The notes under the pieces were generated by a model that was not told where the DNA came from, searched no databases, and saw nothing but the letters and a program-made list of their open reading frames with translations. Shown here in pieces: positions 41,083 to 55,145 of a stretch of DNA of 64,000 nt. The stretch comes from Octopus vulgaris (Eukaryota), in contig OX597832.1 of the NCBI GenBank assembly GCA_951406725.2, forward strand, positions 57,660,001-57,724,000, read 5' to 3'. The first letter of the stretch is position 1. Every line of letters starts with the position of its first letter. Made by a program: the position numbers and the translations under genes.

Positions 41083-43610
41083 GTGTGTGTGTATATATTT
41101 GTGTGTCTGTGTTTGTCCCCCAACATTGCTTGACAACCGATGTTGGTGTGTTTACCGTCCCCGTAACTTAGGGGTTCAGCAAAAGAGACCGATAGAATAA
41201 GTACTAGGCTTACAATGAATAAGTCCTGGGGTTGATTTGCTCGACTAAAGGCAGTGCTCCAGCATTGTCCAAAGTCAAATGGCTGAAACATGTAAAAGAG
41301 TATGTGTTTTTTTCTTCCTTGTTTAAAATAATAGTTGGGTATGTGAAGTCAGGGAAATTTGATTACCATTTCTAGCAGGTTGAACAGTCATGTAGAAGAA
41401 CCCCTCATTAGTGTGGGTCATTATATGTTTGTTGACTATATAATGATTTCTACCCACAAGTTGATTACCTGGCAATGTATTCGTTTGTAAAGAAACTATT
41501 AAATATTTATGCTTCGTTTTAATTTTGTTTTTGTTCTTCCCTAGTTTTGACTTACCCTTATTGATACTTAATCACTAATTTTGATCTGTTTTTAATTGAC
41601 CAGAAAATTCTGCAATAATTGATCTATTGATGTTTTTTTTTTTAAATCATTCAATAATGACTTGAGTTAGAACCTTGTTTAGTTCCTTTGTTGCCAGCCT
41701 CGCCTGGCCCCCGTGCCGGTGGCACGTAAAAGCACCATCCAATCGTGGCCGTTGCCAGCCTTGCCTGGCCCCCATGCTTGTGGCATGTAAAAAGCACCAT
41801 CCGTCCGTGGCCGTTTGCCAGCTCCGTCTGGCACCTGTGCGGGTGGCACGTAAAAAGCACCCACTACACTCACGGAGTGGTTGGCATTAGGAAGGGCATC
41901 CAGCCATAGAAATACTGCCAGATCAGACTGGGCCTGATGCAGCCTTCCGGCTTCACAGACCAGTTGAACCGTCCAACCCATGCTAGCATGGAAAGCGGAC
42001 GCTAAATGATGATGATGATGATGTTATTCCAATGTGGCAGAGAAGAGTTTGTGACATCTCAAATAATCCTGCTTCTGCCTGGAACATTCTGTCAGTTTGG
42101 GTGTTGTAAAGTTAGAAACTGAGTGAAGAATATGGAGGGCTACATCTTGAGAGCATGGCTTTTTTTTTTTTCTTAATCTCTGTGTCAATATGCTGACTAA
42201 AAGAGTCAGTAATAATTATATTTCAGGTACCGGTGCCACATAAAAAGCACCCATGCCAGTGCTGTGTAATGATGATGATATAATCCAAGGGTTTCCAACC
42301 TTATTTTGCTTATGGACCCATGAAAGCTATCTTATCATTTGTGAACCTCATATATGCACATTTAAATTTTTGAATTACACTTTGGCCATGCTGGGGCACT
42401 GTCTTGAAGAATTGTTAGTTGAATGAATTAACCCAGAAACATTTTTCTTAAGCCTGGTACTTATTCTAGCAGTCTCTTTTGCAGAACCACTAAGTTATGG
42501 GGGATGTAAACACACAAACACCAGTTGTCATGTGGTGGCTGGGAAAAAACACAGACACAAAGATGCACACATACACACACACACACACACACATGTGATG
42601 GGCTTCTTTCAGTCTCCATCTACCAAATATGTTCACAAGTCTTGGGTCAGCCTGAATCTATTGTAGAAGACACTGGCACAAGGTGCTACTCAGTGGGACT
42701 GAACCTGGAACCATGTGGTTGGGATGCAAGCTTCTTACCACACAGCCACACCTGTTGGTGGTTTTCAGGATTCTGGGGTTTATGAGGTCTAAAGCTTTCA
42801 GGGAAAAGAATATATGTGAAGAGGGTCAACAGAAAGAACCTGCAGTATCGTAGAGCATTTTTTTCATCCTGGAGGCTTTGAGGATTCAACATCGCTTAAA
42901 GTCCGCTTTCCATGCTAGCATGGGTTGGAAGATTTTGACTGAGAGCTGGTGAACCAGATGGCTGCACCAGGCTCCAATCTTGATCTGGCAGAGTTTCTAC
43001 AGCTGGATGCCATTCCTAACGCCAACGTGTGTTTTTTATTTTTCAGCCTATAGCCTATAGTTTCCAAGATTGACAAATTTGTGATTTATTCACTGTTAAT
43101 TGCACTGTTTCTCACACAAATCTCTTTCGGCACCTCAACTCTCATACCATTTTCTCATCTGGTCAAGAATTTAATGGAAATAAACACCTATATTAATTAA
43201 TTCAATTGTGCAAACCGCTTTCCAATCGACAATTTAAGTAAACAATCATGTTCAAAATGAATTGGTTTCCTTTACGAGTGGCGCTATTAAAGAAAGGCTC
43301 TAGTTTGGCTAATTTGAATGAAAATGTCATTTCGATGTTTGGTATTAAGAAAATGTTATTTGCTAAATTGGTAATAAAATAGTTATGTGTCATTTTGATT
43401 TTAGCAAGTGTCTTCAATGAAAGGGCTTAAAATGTCTCTCTCTCTCTCTCTCTACTTTTCTCTTTCTATCTCTTTCTATTTCCTCTCTCTCGCTCTCTCC
43501 CTTTCCTACTTTATACTGTATGCTATTAAAGATTTTTGTAGTCTGTCACTAAAAGACATGGATTCTGTTATAATTATACTTTTCACGGCAAAAACATTTT
43601 CTTGTTACAG

Positions 43611-43783
43611 GCTGACAAAATTCAATATATTGCCCGAATCAAAGACATACCAATTAAAGAAGCTCGCAAAGCGGAAATGGCGCTATTCTGTGGCAACATC
43701 CAAGATGCAGAAGCTATTTTATTGCAGGCTGGCCTTATTTTCCGCGCCGTTATTCTTAATGTAAAGATGTTCAATTGGGAACG
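43611..43783 (+). CDS. IFT80: IFT80 next internal exon, 173 bp, phase 0/2
   Basis: Acceptor ttacag| and donor cg|gtaag. Translates ADKIQYIARIKDIPIKEARKAEMALFCGNIQDAEAILLQAGLIFRAVILNVKMFNWE(R), resembling recalled IFT80 DKVQYI...GNIQEAE..LLQAGL...NWER. In frame with the 8061-8150 exon. Confidence 0.95.
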
Positions 43784-43911
43784 GTAAGAACAAAGAACAA
43801 ACAACAATTTATTCAAATTGCTTTTATCGTATAACATTTAAAACTTCTAACTTGAAGCTGACTACATTCATACTGTAGCATCAAGTGGCCATTGATGTTG
43901 CAACTGTTTTG

Positions 43912-44830
43912 GTATGTGTGTGTGTGATTGTATGTATGTGATTGTGTATGTGTGTGTGTATTTGTGTGAGTGTGTGTATGTATGAATGTGGGTGTGAGAT
44001 TGTGTATAAGTGTGTGTGTGTGTGTGCTTGTGTGAGTGTGTGTGTGTGTTTGTGTGAGTATGTGTGTGTGTGTTTGTGTGTGTGTGTAAGTGAGCGTGTG
44101 TGAGTGTGTATGCATGAATGTCTGTTCGTGTGTGAATGTGTATGTATAAATGTGTGTGTGAATGTGGGTGTGAGATTGTATAATTGTGTGTGTGTGTTTA
44201 TGTGTGTGTGTGCTTGTGTGAGTGTGTGTGCGTTTGTGTGAGTGTGTTTGTGTGTGAGTGAGCGTGTGTGAGTGTATGCATGAATGTCTGTTTGTGTGTG
44301 AATGTGTATGTATGAATGCGTGTGTGAGTGTGTGTATGTGTGAATTTGGGTGTGAGATTGTATAATTGTGTGTGTGTGTGTGCTTGTGTGTTTGTGTGTG
44401 TGTGTTGTGTGAGTGTGTGTGAGTGAGCGTGTGTGAGTGTGTATGCATGAATGTCTGTGTGTGAATGTGTATGTATGAATGTGCGTGTGTGTATGTGTAA
44501 ATGTGGGTGTGAGATTGTGCATAATTGCTTGTGTGTGTATGTTTATGTGTGTGTGTGTGCTTGTGTGTGTGTATAAGTCTGTGTGATTGTGTTTATGCAT
44601 GTGAGTGTGTGTGCATGTGAGTGTGTGTCTGTGAGTGTGCATGTATGTGTGTGAATGTGTATGCATGAATGTGTGTGTGAATGTGGGTGTGAGATTGTGT
44701 CTAAGTGTGTGTGTATGTTGATGTGTGTGTGTGCTTGTATGAGTATGTGTTAGTGTAAGTGCATGTATGTGTATATGTGTATGTGTTTATGTGTCAGTGT
44801 CTTAGCATGTATATGTGTGTGTTGGCGTGT
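43912..44830. repeat. TG-rich complex repeat with ~175-bp higher-order period
   Basis: aatgtgggtgtgagattg near 43985, 44161, 44343, 44499 and 44680. Confidence 0.85.
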
Positions 44831-45271
44831 TTCTTGTTACTATCTAACCCTTGGTTAAATCTGACTAAGCAGATTGATGATCAATCAAACACCCTCCAAC
44901 CACGACCTTCACAAGATTTTTTTCCAATTCACCATGCACTTACACTTAGAGGTGCTTTCTCCAATATATCTACCTTTCTTTAGACAGTAGAGTGGGATAT
45001 GAGAAAATTTTGTTTTTACTGCCATATCTAGCAAGGTGAATGACCACATAGGGGTTCCTCTGTTGGCTTATGTCTCCCTTGTTTGTTATGTGCCAAGTGC
45101 AAGAGGAGGTGTAGACGTAAGACGATGACGTAGCACTGTTTCCTGGTGTGTTAGATATGTCTTTACTATTTCTTGACTCGTTCCGGTCATTAGACTGTGG
45201 CCATGCTGGAGCACTGCCTCGAAACAATTTCTCAGCCAAACAAATCCACCCCAGTAATTATTAGGTTTCTT

Positions 45272-45706
45272 GGATCTTTTCGGTTTGAACGGCAGTTTTT
45301 TAAAATAATTTCCACGTAACTAAACCCTTTTAAATTTCGTATACTGGTAGAATGTTTTTATAAAACATCTTTTTCTCTTGGCTTTATTGAGAAAATTCTA
45401 TAGTTTGTAAGATATTTGTTGGGTTTTTTTTCTTCAATTTCTGCAATTTCAACCAATCAATGACGTCTATTGAGCTGAAAACATTCTGTGCCGTATGAAT
45501 ATGTCCCTCATTTAAGAAACAGATTGGGTTTATTTACATTTCTGAAGAAAAAAAGATACCCTTCCCCCCACCCCTAACCCTATCCCTAACTAACCCTAAC
45601 CCTAAAACAGATTGAAATGCAATAGATCGATACTAGGGTCATAATTATGGGTGACAATTTCAAATGATACCGCTAGAAAAACACTGCCGTTCAAACCGAA
45701 AGATCC
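45272..45706. mobile_element. MITE with ~29-bp TIRs and 8-bp TSD (Merlin-like), inserted in a SINE A copy
   Basis: TIRs ggatcttttcggtttgaacggcagttttt / aaaaacactgccgttcaaaccgaaagatcc; TSD ggtttctt at 45264-45271 and 45707-45714. Confidence 0.85.
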
Positions 45707-46388
45707 GGTTTCTTGTATAGCTTGGCACTTATTGTATCGGTATCGTTTGCTGAACCACAGGGGATGTAAACACACCAATACTGGTGATCAAATGGTGCTA
45801 GAGGGACAAACGCAAACACACACACGCACACACATGTATCTGTGATGTCATTGGTCACTCTTTGACTGGACATGTATTTAACTTCATGTAAATAATTCAC
45901 TTTTAGATTATGCTTCTTTCTTTGGATATGATCCACTGACAATATATATCTATATATATATATGTGTGTGTGTGTATGTATATATATATATATAAAATTA
46001 AATATAGGATAAAATCTCTATAAGAATTTATCAAGTAGTCAGCATGAAAACCACATAAGGGAAAAAATTTATAATTATTCCCTTTAAATACATTTATTAT
46101 ATGAAGGGCATTGCTACAAGTAAATGGTAGTTTTGACTTTAAGAGTCTCTCATAGTGTGAGGCATTTACATGTAGTAATGCCCTTAATATATTACAATAT
46201 ATATTCACTAGCTACTAAACCAGTTTTATTTTCTCTCCCTGTTTATTTCTGTGTTCCTTTCTGTTGAAGAGCATAGGCTTGAAATGTAAAAGACTTTCTC
46301 ACTTCCCAAGCATTAAACTAATACATCTGTTTGTTGTTTACACACCCATCTTCATCCTTTGTTTTTTTGTAAATTCTCACTGTATATA

Positions 46389-46775
46389 TTGGGTTGTCCG
46401 GAAAGTTTGTGCTGATTTTTAAAAGAAAGTAAAAGGTCAATAAATACTTGCCATTACATTTTTAATCAACCTAATACGAACCATTTTGTTGCCCAATGCT
46501 TCTCCATCTTTCCTTTAACTTGAAAATACCCTATTCCCAGAATTCAGGTGGTTTCATGGCAAAGAATTCATCAAGGTATCTTTTTACGTCATCCAAGGAA
46601 TTGAAATTTTTACCATTAAGACTATTCTGCAGAGACCTGAATAAGTGGAAATCTGAAGGAGCAATATCTGGTGAATATGGAGGATGGGGTAACACATCCC
46701 AGCCGAGCTGCAGCAATTTTTTTCTGGTTCCCAAAGCATCAAGTGCCAAGAATGAACTTTCTTATCTTGCATTCT
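46389..46775 (-). mobile_element. Mariner (DD34D) transposase 3' fragment with one TIR
   Basis: LGWDVLPHPPYSPDIAPSDFHLFRSLQNSLNGKNF; TA|ttgggttgtccggaaagtt terminus. Confidence 0.92.
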
Positions 46776-47250
46776 AAAGGGTTATAGAATTAACACAGGT
46801 TATAGGAACATGTGTGTGCTTGTTACCGTACAACCACTACCAGATGACAACCTGTATTGGTTTGTTTACATCCCTAAAACTTAGCCGTTCAGCCTAAGAG
46901 ACTGACAGAAGCACTGGACTTCAACCCCTGCCCCTTCACCCCTCAAAAAAAACCTAGGCCAGATCCAGCCTCTCACACCTACCCTACAATGTTGTCCTAA
47001 ATGTCACATAATTGAAATTTCGAAGTTATTAGACAATGCATGATTAATTCAAAATAGTGTGGATAGAAAAAAAAAGAAAAGGAGTGGCTTTGTGGTAAAT
47101 AGCTTGCTAACCAACCACTTGGTTCCGGGTTCAGTCCCACTGCATGGCACCTTGGGCAAGTATCTTCTACTATACCTTCGGGCTGACTAAAGCCTTGTGA
47201 GTGGATTTGGTAGATGGAAACTGAAAGAAGCCCATTGTATATATGTATAC

Positions 47251-47292
<42 letters not shown>

Positions 47293-49316
47293 ATATGTTT
47301 GTGTGTCTGTGTTTGTCCCCCCAACATTGTTTGACAACCAATGCTGGTGTGTTTATGTCCCCGTAACTTAGCAGTTTGGCAAAAGAGACAGATGTAATAA
47401 GTACTAGGCTTACAGAGAATAAGTCCTGGGCTTGATTTGCTCTACTAAAGGCGGTGCTCCAGCATGGCCACAGTCAAAATGACTGAAACAAGTAAAAGAG
47501 AGTAAGAAATTTGACTAAGTAATCTGAATGTTAACGGGTTAAGAGATATATGACTGGCATTTCTAGCATTATGAGTGACCATGTCGGGGCTTCTTAGCTG
47601 ACTCTGGAAAAAAGAGGAAAAAAACTAAATTAAAAATTGAAGTAGATATGTTAAAGGTGAGGAAAGAAAATAATGCTAACGAGTAAAAATGCACAAGCAG
47701 ATATGGTCATGCTAGTACGTGTATAAATGTATAATGAAGGTGTGTGTGTGAGAGAGAGAGATTGAAGGGTCAGTAATAATTTCACTCATAAATATTACGT
47801 ACCTCATTAGCGTACCTCATTAGGGTAACTCGCTAGTAATAAATAATGATGATGTAAACTAGTTTTCCAACCGATGGCTGTCACAGATATCAGAGGTCTG
47901 GACTGCTGCTCTTTTCTTGTAACCTGGACGGGAACGAGAGCGTTTCCCTTATGATATATAGCTGTTGACCTCACTGACCTTATAAATTCCCGACCGCCAA
48001 ATAACCTCCATCCCCACCCATCACCCCTCGGCGTCACCTACAGTGCCATGGCAATTGGTGGACGGCGCCACTGTTGCATTCTTCACCTTGTTTCCTTTTC
48101 ATATTAGCGACAAAATAACCTTCCGAGTCTGCAGTTTTCGTTTCCCCTTTTTTTTTTTTTGCTTTCTGCCCTCCTTCTGATCCTCGACCCTTCCACACAC
48201 TTCTGCATCCTGCACCTTACCCCCCCCCCACCCCCGCCTTCACACACACACACACACTGACCACGATTCCTTTCTCCTCCCACGGATCCTTTCTTCCTCC
48301 GCTCAACCTCAACCACTCTGGATATCTTTTTTGAAAATGGTTGCAACTAACTGATGATACTAACGGAAACGTCTCCTCTGCCTTCCCCTCCTCCTCCTCC
48401 ACCCCCACTGCCTCTCTTCATGTATCAGTTTAATTAATTAAGCTATTGAAATAAAAACAGGATTTTCGTCAGATCTTTTTCTGTTGCTAAATGGATGGCA
48501 CTGGTGCTTGCTATCAATCAGAGTTTAAACAAATTAGAAGAATTAGGAAAAAAAAAAAATTTTTTTTTAAATGAAAAAAAAAATAAAAAAAAAAGACCTG
48601 CAAAAGAAAAACATGCCCAAACAAACAAGCAAACAGAAAAAGAAAAAAAGCTGAAAAAAAAAATTAAAATGCATAAAATAAAATACACCCACTCAAATAC
48701 ACACACACACACACACACACGCGCGAACACACACACACATGGAAAACAAATGTGAATATTTCATGTTAATTTCCATCAATGATTATTTTTTTCTCAATTT
48801 TTTATGCTGTTTGTCTCCAATGTATCAATACCAACAAAAGTGGTATCCGGTTCTTTATAGAAATTGTGTGTGTGTAGATATATGTATATATATATATATA
48901 TATATACTCTTTTACTCTTTTACTTGTTTCAGTCATTTGACTGCGGCCATGCTGGAGCACCGCCTTTTAGTCGAGCAAATCGACCCCGGGACTTATTCTT
49001 TTGTAAGCCCAGTACTTATTCTATCGGTCTCTTTTGCCGAACCGCTAAGTGACAGGGGATGTAAACACACCAGCATCGGTTGTCAAGCAATGCTAGGGGG
49101 ACAAACACAGACACACAAACATATACACACACACTTATACATATATACATATACACGACAGGCTTCTTTCAGTTTCCGTATACCAAATCCACTCACAGGG
49201 CATTGGTCGGCCCGGGGCTATAGCAGAAGACACTTGCCCAAGATGCCACGCAGTGGGACTGAACCCGGAACCATGTGGTTGGTTAGCAAGCTACTTACCA
49301 CACAGCCACTCCTGCG

Positions 49317-49386
<70 letters not shown>

Positions 49387-49456
49387 TATATATATATCAT
49401 CATCATTTAAAGTCCGCTTTTCATGCTGGCATGGATCAGACGGTTTGACTGAAAAT

Positions 49457-49692
49457 TAAGGCGGCGAGCTCACTGAAACGTTAGCACGCCGGGCGAAATG
49501 CTCAGCAGTATTTTGTCTGCTGTTACGTTGTGAGTTCAAATTCTGCCGAGGTCGACTTTGCCTTTCATACTTTCGGGGTCAATAAATTAAGTACCAGTTA
49601 CGCACTGGGGTCGATGTAATCGACTTAATCCCTATGTCTGTCCTTGTTTGTCCCCTCTATGTTTAGCCCCTTGTGGGTAATAAAGAAATAGG
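49457..49692 (+). mobile_element. Young SINE family B copy inserted in a SINE C, with TSD ggtttgactgaaaa
   Basis: CpG-intact consensus; ggtttgactgaaaa at about 49442 and 49691. Confidence 0.88.
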
Positions 49693-50259
49693 TTTGACTG
49701 AAAACTGGTAAGCCGGGGAGCTGCATGAAGTTCCAATCTGATTTGGTAAGGTTTCTACAGCTTGATGCCCTTCCTAACGCCACCCACACTGAAAGTGTAG
49801 TGGTTGTCTTTTACATGCTACTGGTATGGGCACCTTTGACCTAACGCTGGCATCAGCCATGGCTACGGTCTCAGTCAGCTTGATAGGTCAATACAAGCAT
49901 GGCATATCGCCAAGGGCAGTGGTCACTTGACACAGCCTCCATGAGGCCCAGTGCCCAAGTAAGGGGGAACATGGCTTTTTCTGAACTTGTAAACCCCTCA
50001 AATATACATATATATATATGTACACACACATATATAAAGATATATATGTATATATATATAAAGATATATATGTATATATATAAAGATATATATATATATA
50101 TATATTCATAGATATACAATGTGTGTGTGTATATATAATGTGTATACATATATATGATGTATAATATGTTTGTGTATATATATAATGTGTGTGTATGTAT
50201 ATATATATATATATATATATTGTAGAATAATAAAAAGAATGTTCTTGGTACAGTATTAT

Positions 50260-50485
50260 ATATTTGAAAAAATGAGTAGAGATGGCTTTTTTTGGATAAT
50301 TTTAATTTTAATAATAATGTTTACAGTCAGTGACTCTGATATGAGCTTCAAACTTCAAACAGCTGTTTCCAGTTTTGAAAACAGCTATTTGAAGTTTGAA
50401 ACTCATACCAGAGCCATGCACTGTAAACATTATTATTAAAATTAAAATTATCCCCAAAAACCATCTCTACTCATTTTTTCAAATA

Positions 50486-50486
<1 letters not shown>
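50260..50486. repeat. ~227-bp near-perfect palindrome (arms ~112 bp)
   Basis: atatttgaaaaaatgagtagagatgg... pairs with ...ccatctctactcattttttcaaatat; centre near 50372. Confidence 0.93.
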
Positions 50487-50552
<66 letters not shown>

Positions 50553-50942
50553 TCATCATCATCATCATCATCATCATCGTTTAGCGTCTGCTTTCCATGC
50601 TAGCATGGGTTGGACGGTTCAACTGGGGTCTGGGAAGCCAGAAGGCTGCACCAGGCCCAGTTTGATCTGGCAATGTTTCTACGGCTGGATGCCCTTCACA
50701 TATATGTGTGTGTGTGTGTATAAATACACACAGGCAGATATATAATGTGTGTATACATAGGTGCAGGAGTGGCTGTGTGGTAAGTAGCTTGCTTACCAAC
50801 CACATATGGTTTTGGTTCAGTTCCACTGCGTGGCATCTTGGTTAAGTGTCTTCTACTATAGCCTCGGGCCGACCAAAGCCTTGTGAGTGGATTTGGTAGA
50901 CAGAAACTAAAAGAAACCTGTCGTATATGTATATATACATAT

Positions 50943-50990
<48 letters not shown>

Positions 50991-52884
50991 ATATGTTTAT
51001 GTGTCTGTGTTTGTCCTGCCAACATTGCTTGACAACTGATGTTGGTGTGTTTACGTCTCTGTAACTTAGCAGTTCGGCAAAAGAGACCGATAGAATAAGT
51101 ACTAGGCTTACAAAGAGTAAGTCCCAGGGTCAATTCACTCGACTAAAGGTGGTAAAAGAATATATGTGTGTGTGTGTGTATATGTAATATATATTTATGT
51201 ATGTAATATTTATGTTTTAAGGTGCAAGTATGGTTGTGTGGTAAAAAGTTTGCTTTCTGACCACATGGTTCCGGGTTCAGTCCCACTTCATGTGCAAGAA
51301 TCTTCTACTGTAGCCTCAGGCAGACCAAAACTTTATGAGTGGGTTTGGTAGGCGGAAAGTGAAAAAAGCCTGTCGTATATATGCATGTTTGTCTGTGTGT
51401 CTTTCTATCTGTGTTTGTCCTCTACTACTGCTTGACAACCAATGTTGGTTTGTTTACATCCCCATGACTTAGTGGTTCAGCGAAAGAGATTGATAGAGTA
51501 ATTACCAAGCTTAAAATGAATAAGTACTAGGGTTGATTCATTCGACTAAAGATTCTTCAATGTCATGCCCCAGCATGGCCGCAGTTTAATGGCTAAAACA
51601 AGTAAAAGATAAAATCGCAATTTTTGTAATTATTAAATTCATCCAAAGAGATCACATATTAAACAATCACAGTCGTTGTCCACTAATCCACATTTATCAC
51701 TAGCTAAGTGGATAAGAGTGTCTATACTCTTAGTTCAGGATTAGAGTTGCTTATTTCAAATCCAGTCTGGTACTCTGTTCACATGAATGAATAAAACATC
51801 TGATGATAATCGAAGCTCAGACTGATCAAAACCTAGTGTATATCTTTTGTCTTTTGCTAGTTTCAGCCATGCTGGGGCACCACCTTGCATTTTGATGCTG
51901 CTTTTTACGTTGCACCAGCACAGGTGCCAGGTGATTGTTTATTTTTCGAATGACATTGTAGGGTAGGTGTGAGATGCCGGAACTGGTTAGTTTGAATATT
52001 GAACATGCATAATATTTTGGCTGGATATGGGTTAGTTTGAATACTAAAGGGTTAAATAATTAGAATTCTTCATTGACCAATACTAATGCTTAGCCTAAGG
52101 TTAAAAAAAAACATTTGTTACATATTCTTTCTTCCTTTTTCTGGTGCTTTAGACAATTGTATTGTTTGTCTAATGTATAACACTACTGACCTGGCCTTAC
52201 CTGGTCTGACACTCCCCACAAACATGATGCGGTGAACTTCATTGAATTTTCAGTCTGCTTGTATTCTTTAAATTCTGAACTTCAACAAACAGTAGCGAGC
52301 AAATCATAGTTTCTGCAGAATCAAAAATAATTACTTAATTACACTGCTGGGAATTTACAGAGAATGTGGAATAAAATGTCTGTGATGTTCATGTTAATGT
52401 GTGACTGCCATTTCTTGTATTGACTACTGTGGAGAGATGAAAGTCCAATTAGGAATCCTTGGCAGGATTTGTTCGGAGAAATAAAATAGCAGACCATAAT
52501 CCAAACAGTGGAAAACATTGAGTCAGTCGATTTACCATTTTTGCGAATTCTCTTGGAAACTGACACTCTATGGAATCAATAAACTACCAAACAAACAGAC
52601 AACTGGGTTGGCAGTTAATATTCTCTCACTGGTACTGTGTTATGTCTGTTGCCAAAAGACTTAACTCTTTTGATATGAAACCGCCTGAGACTGCTTCTGG
52701 TTCTGTGATAATAAAAAGAAAATTAAATAAACAAATAAAAGCAGAAAAAGGAAAGAAAACAAACAAGAAAGATGCAAAAAATAAAAAAAAAAAGCTCAGT
52801 CTAAAGCATTCACATTTAAATGGAAAAGTTCTATAATGATATCATGTAGGAGGTACTTTGTTAAGTTGCTAAAAATTGTTTTAA

Positions 52885-53967
52885 CCCTTTCGTTACTATA
52901 TTTCTGACCAAAATACACCCATTATGTGTTTCAATTAATTTCTAACATAATCATAAATTTAGTCTGGTTTCATTAAACAACTATAACTTTTTTATTTATC
53001 AATATATTAATGTGATTTTTGGAAGATAATTTAATGAAATGTTCTCAACCAATTCTATACCATAATTTTTGTCACAAAGTGACTCTAATTGCAGGTAGAT
53101 ACAGGTAAATTCAACAAAATATAAAATTATTAAAATTTTTGTTCAAACATCGCTATAGAAAATGGGTTATTAGCTAATATTCAATTGGGTATACAACAAA
53201 ATTTTACTATAGAATTTGTTATTCTGGGTAACTTTCTGATACCCATAATAATATTTATGGCAAAATAGGCCTTAATTTCATTTAAGGTTGTGGGAAACCA
53301 CAAACTATCCTTTCTTTCGCTTTGTTTACATTTAGCGTAACGGTTCGTTTCCGCCGTAATGATTTCAAATAAGCTCATTCGAAAAAGTAACTAGAAATAG
53401 TCTAAGGCTTTACTCTCCTGGGAAAGACTGTGGCTTGGTCCAGTTTCTTCAGAAAAATCACCGAAAGAAACAGTTTTTAAATTTTCACTCCATTCAGGTG
53501 CCAAATCATTTTCTTTATCGCTGTCGGAGCTCTCGGATTCACTGTTTTCACTTTCGGAAAATGAAACATCGGATTCATTATCAAATACCTCGTGCTTTTT
53601 TTTTCAGTCATAGAGTTAGATTTATCAAGGTCTTCAGTAGAAAAGCCTTCGAATTCTGACTCATTGCTATAATGAAATTCGTATCCATTTATTGTCAGAA
53701 TTACAAATTTTGAAAACACAATAGGAACAAATTTCGGAAAAAAATCCCCCAAAATTCACGGAATTAAAATTACACTTCGATCATTGTACAAAACTGTAGA
53801 TGAACTGTTTACGAAGTATAATCACATGTTTTCACGAATGTACTAAAGAGATTTGCTCTGATATTCTCATTTAAATATGAATAGGTAAATACGGGCGGGT
53901 TTGGGCGGTTTGGTCACATTAACCAAAATTTTTTTCGGGCGGCTTTGGGCAGTTTGGTAACGAAAGG
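52885..53967 (-). mobile_element. Internally deleted piggyBac transposon with both ends and TTAA TSDs
   Basis: TTAA|ccctttcgttac ... gtaacgaaagg|TTAA. PGBD-like peptide LFEIITAETNRYA...WFPTTLNEIKAYFAINIIMGIRKLP; N-terminal SEFEGF motif. Confidence 0.9.
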
Positions 53968-54812
53968 TTAATAAGGTTAAAAAGAATAAATTGGTGGCAA
54001 GCTGGCAAAACCGGTAGCACACCAGGCAAAATGCTTTGTGGCATTTTATCCATCCTTAGGTTCTAAGTTCAAATTCTGCTGAGGTTGACTTTGTCTTTTA
54101 TCCTTTCGGGGTTTATAAATTAAGTACCAGTTGCATACTGGGGTGGATCTAATTGACTGGCCCCCTACCCAAAAATTTCGGGCCTTTCTGTGTCATTCTG
54201 TCTCAACAAAATAAGTACCAGTTGAAAACTGGGGTTGATGTAATCGATGATTAATTGACAGTCCCCCACCCCCCAAATTGCTGGCCTTGTGCTAAAATTT
54301 GAAACTAGTAATGTAAAAAAGAAAGTCTTGATGTTTCTAAAATTAAATGCAACACTTTAGGTGTGGTTGCGTGGTAAGCAAGCTTGCTTCCCACCCATGA
54401 GATGTTTGGTTCGGTCTCATAACGCGGCACCTTGCGAGACGATGGTGCTCCAGCATGACCATAGCTTCTCTAATGCCACCTCTCCTCTTAAAAGTTTTTG
54501 TCTTTCCAGTACTTGGTGACCCTGTCAGTGCAGGTGCCACTTAAAAGCACCCAGTCCACACTGTAAAGTAGTTGGTGTTTGGAAGGGTATCCAGCTGTAA
54601 AAACCTTGCCAAAACTGACCTCACCTACGCTTGTGCCACATAAAGAGCTCTAAGACCACCCTGCTGAGTGGTCGGTGTTAGGAAGGGCATCCAGCTGTAA
54701 AAATCCTGCCAAAACAGTCACAGAACTCTGGTGCAGGCTTTGGCCTGGCTGGCTCTTGTGGTACTGTCCCACCCATGCTAGTATGGAACACGGATGTTAA
54801 ATGATGATGATG

Positions 54813-54813
<1 letters not shown>

Positions 54814-54894
<81 letters not shown>

Positions 54895-54917
54895 ACTGCT
54901 TGCCGGTCTGTCTGTCC

Positions 54918-54979
<62 letters not shown>

Positions 54980-55002
54980 ACTGCTTGCCGGTCTGTCTGT
55001 CC

Positions 55003-55070
<68 letters not shown>

Positions 55071-55145
55071 GTCTATCTATCCATCTATCTATCTATATAT
55101 CTATATATATATATACACACACACACACTCACACACACACACACA
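54814..55145. repeat. (CTAT)n with a duplicated 25-bp interruption (85-bp period)
   Basis: actgcttgccggtctgtctgtccat near 54895 and 54980. Confidence 0.9.

Noticed and set aside
43408-43764. 118-aa ORF overlapping the IFT80 exon
   Set aside because: Alternative frame starting in a CT microsatellite; the true frame is that of ORF 43602-43787.
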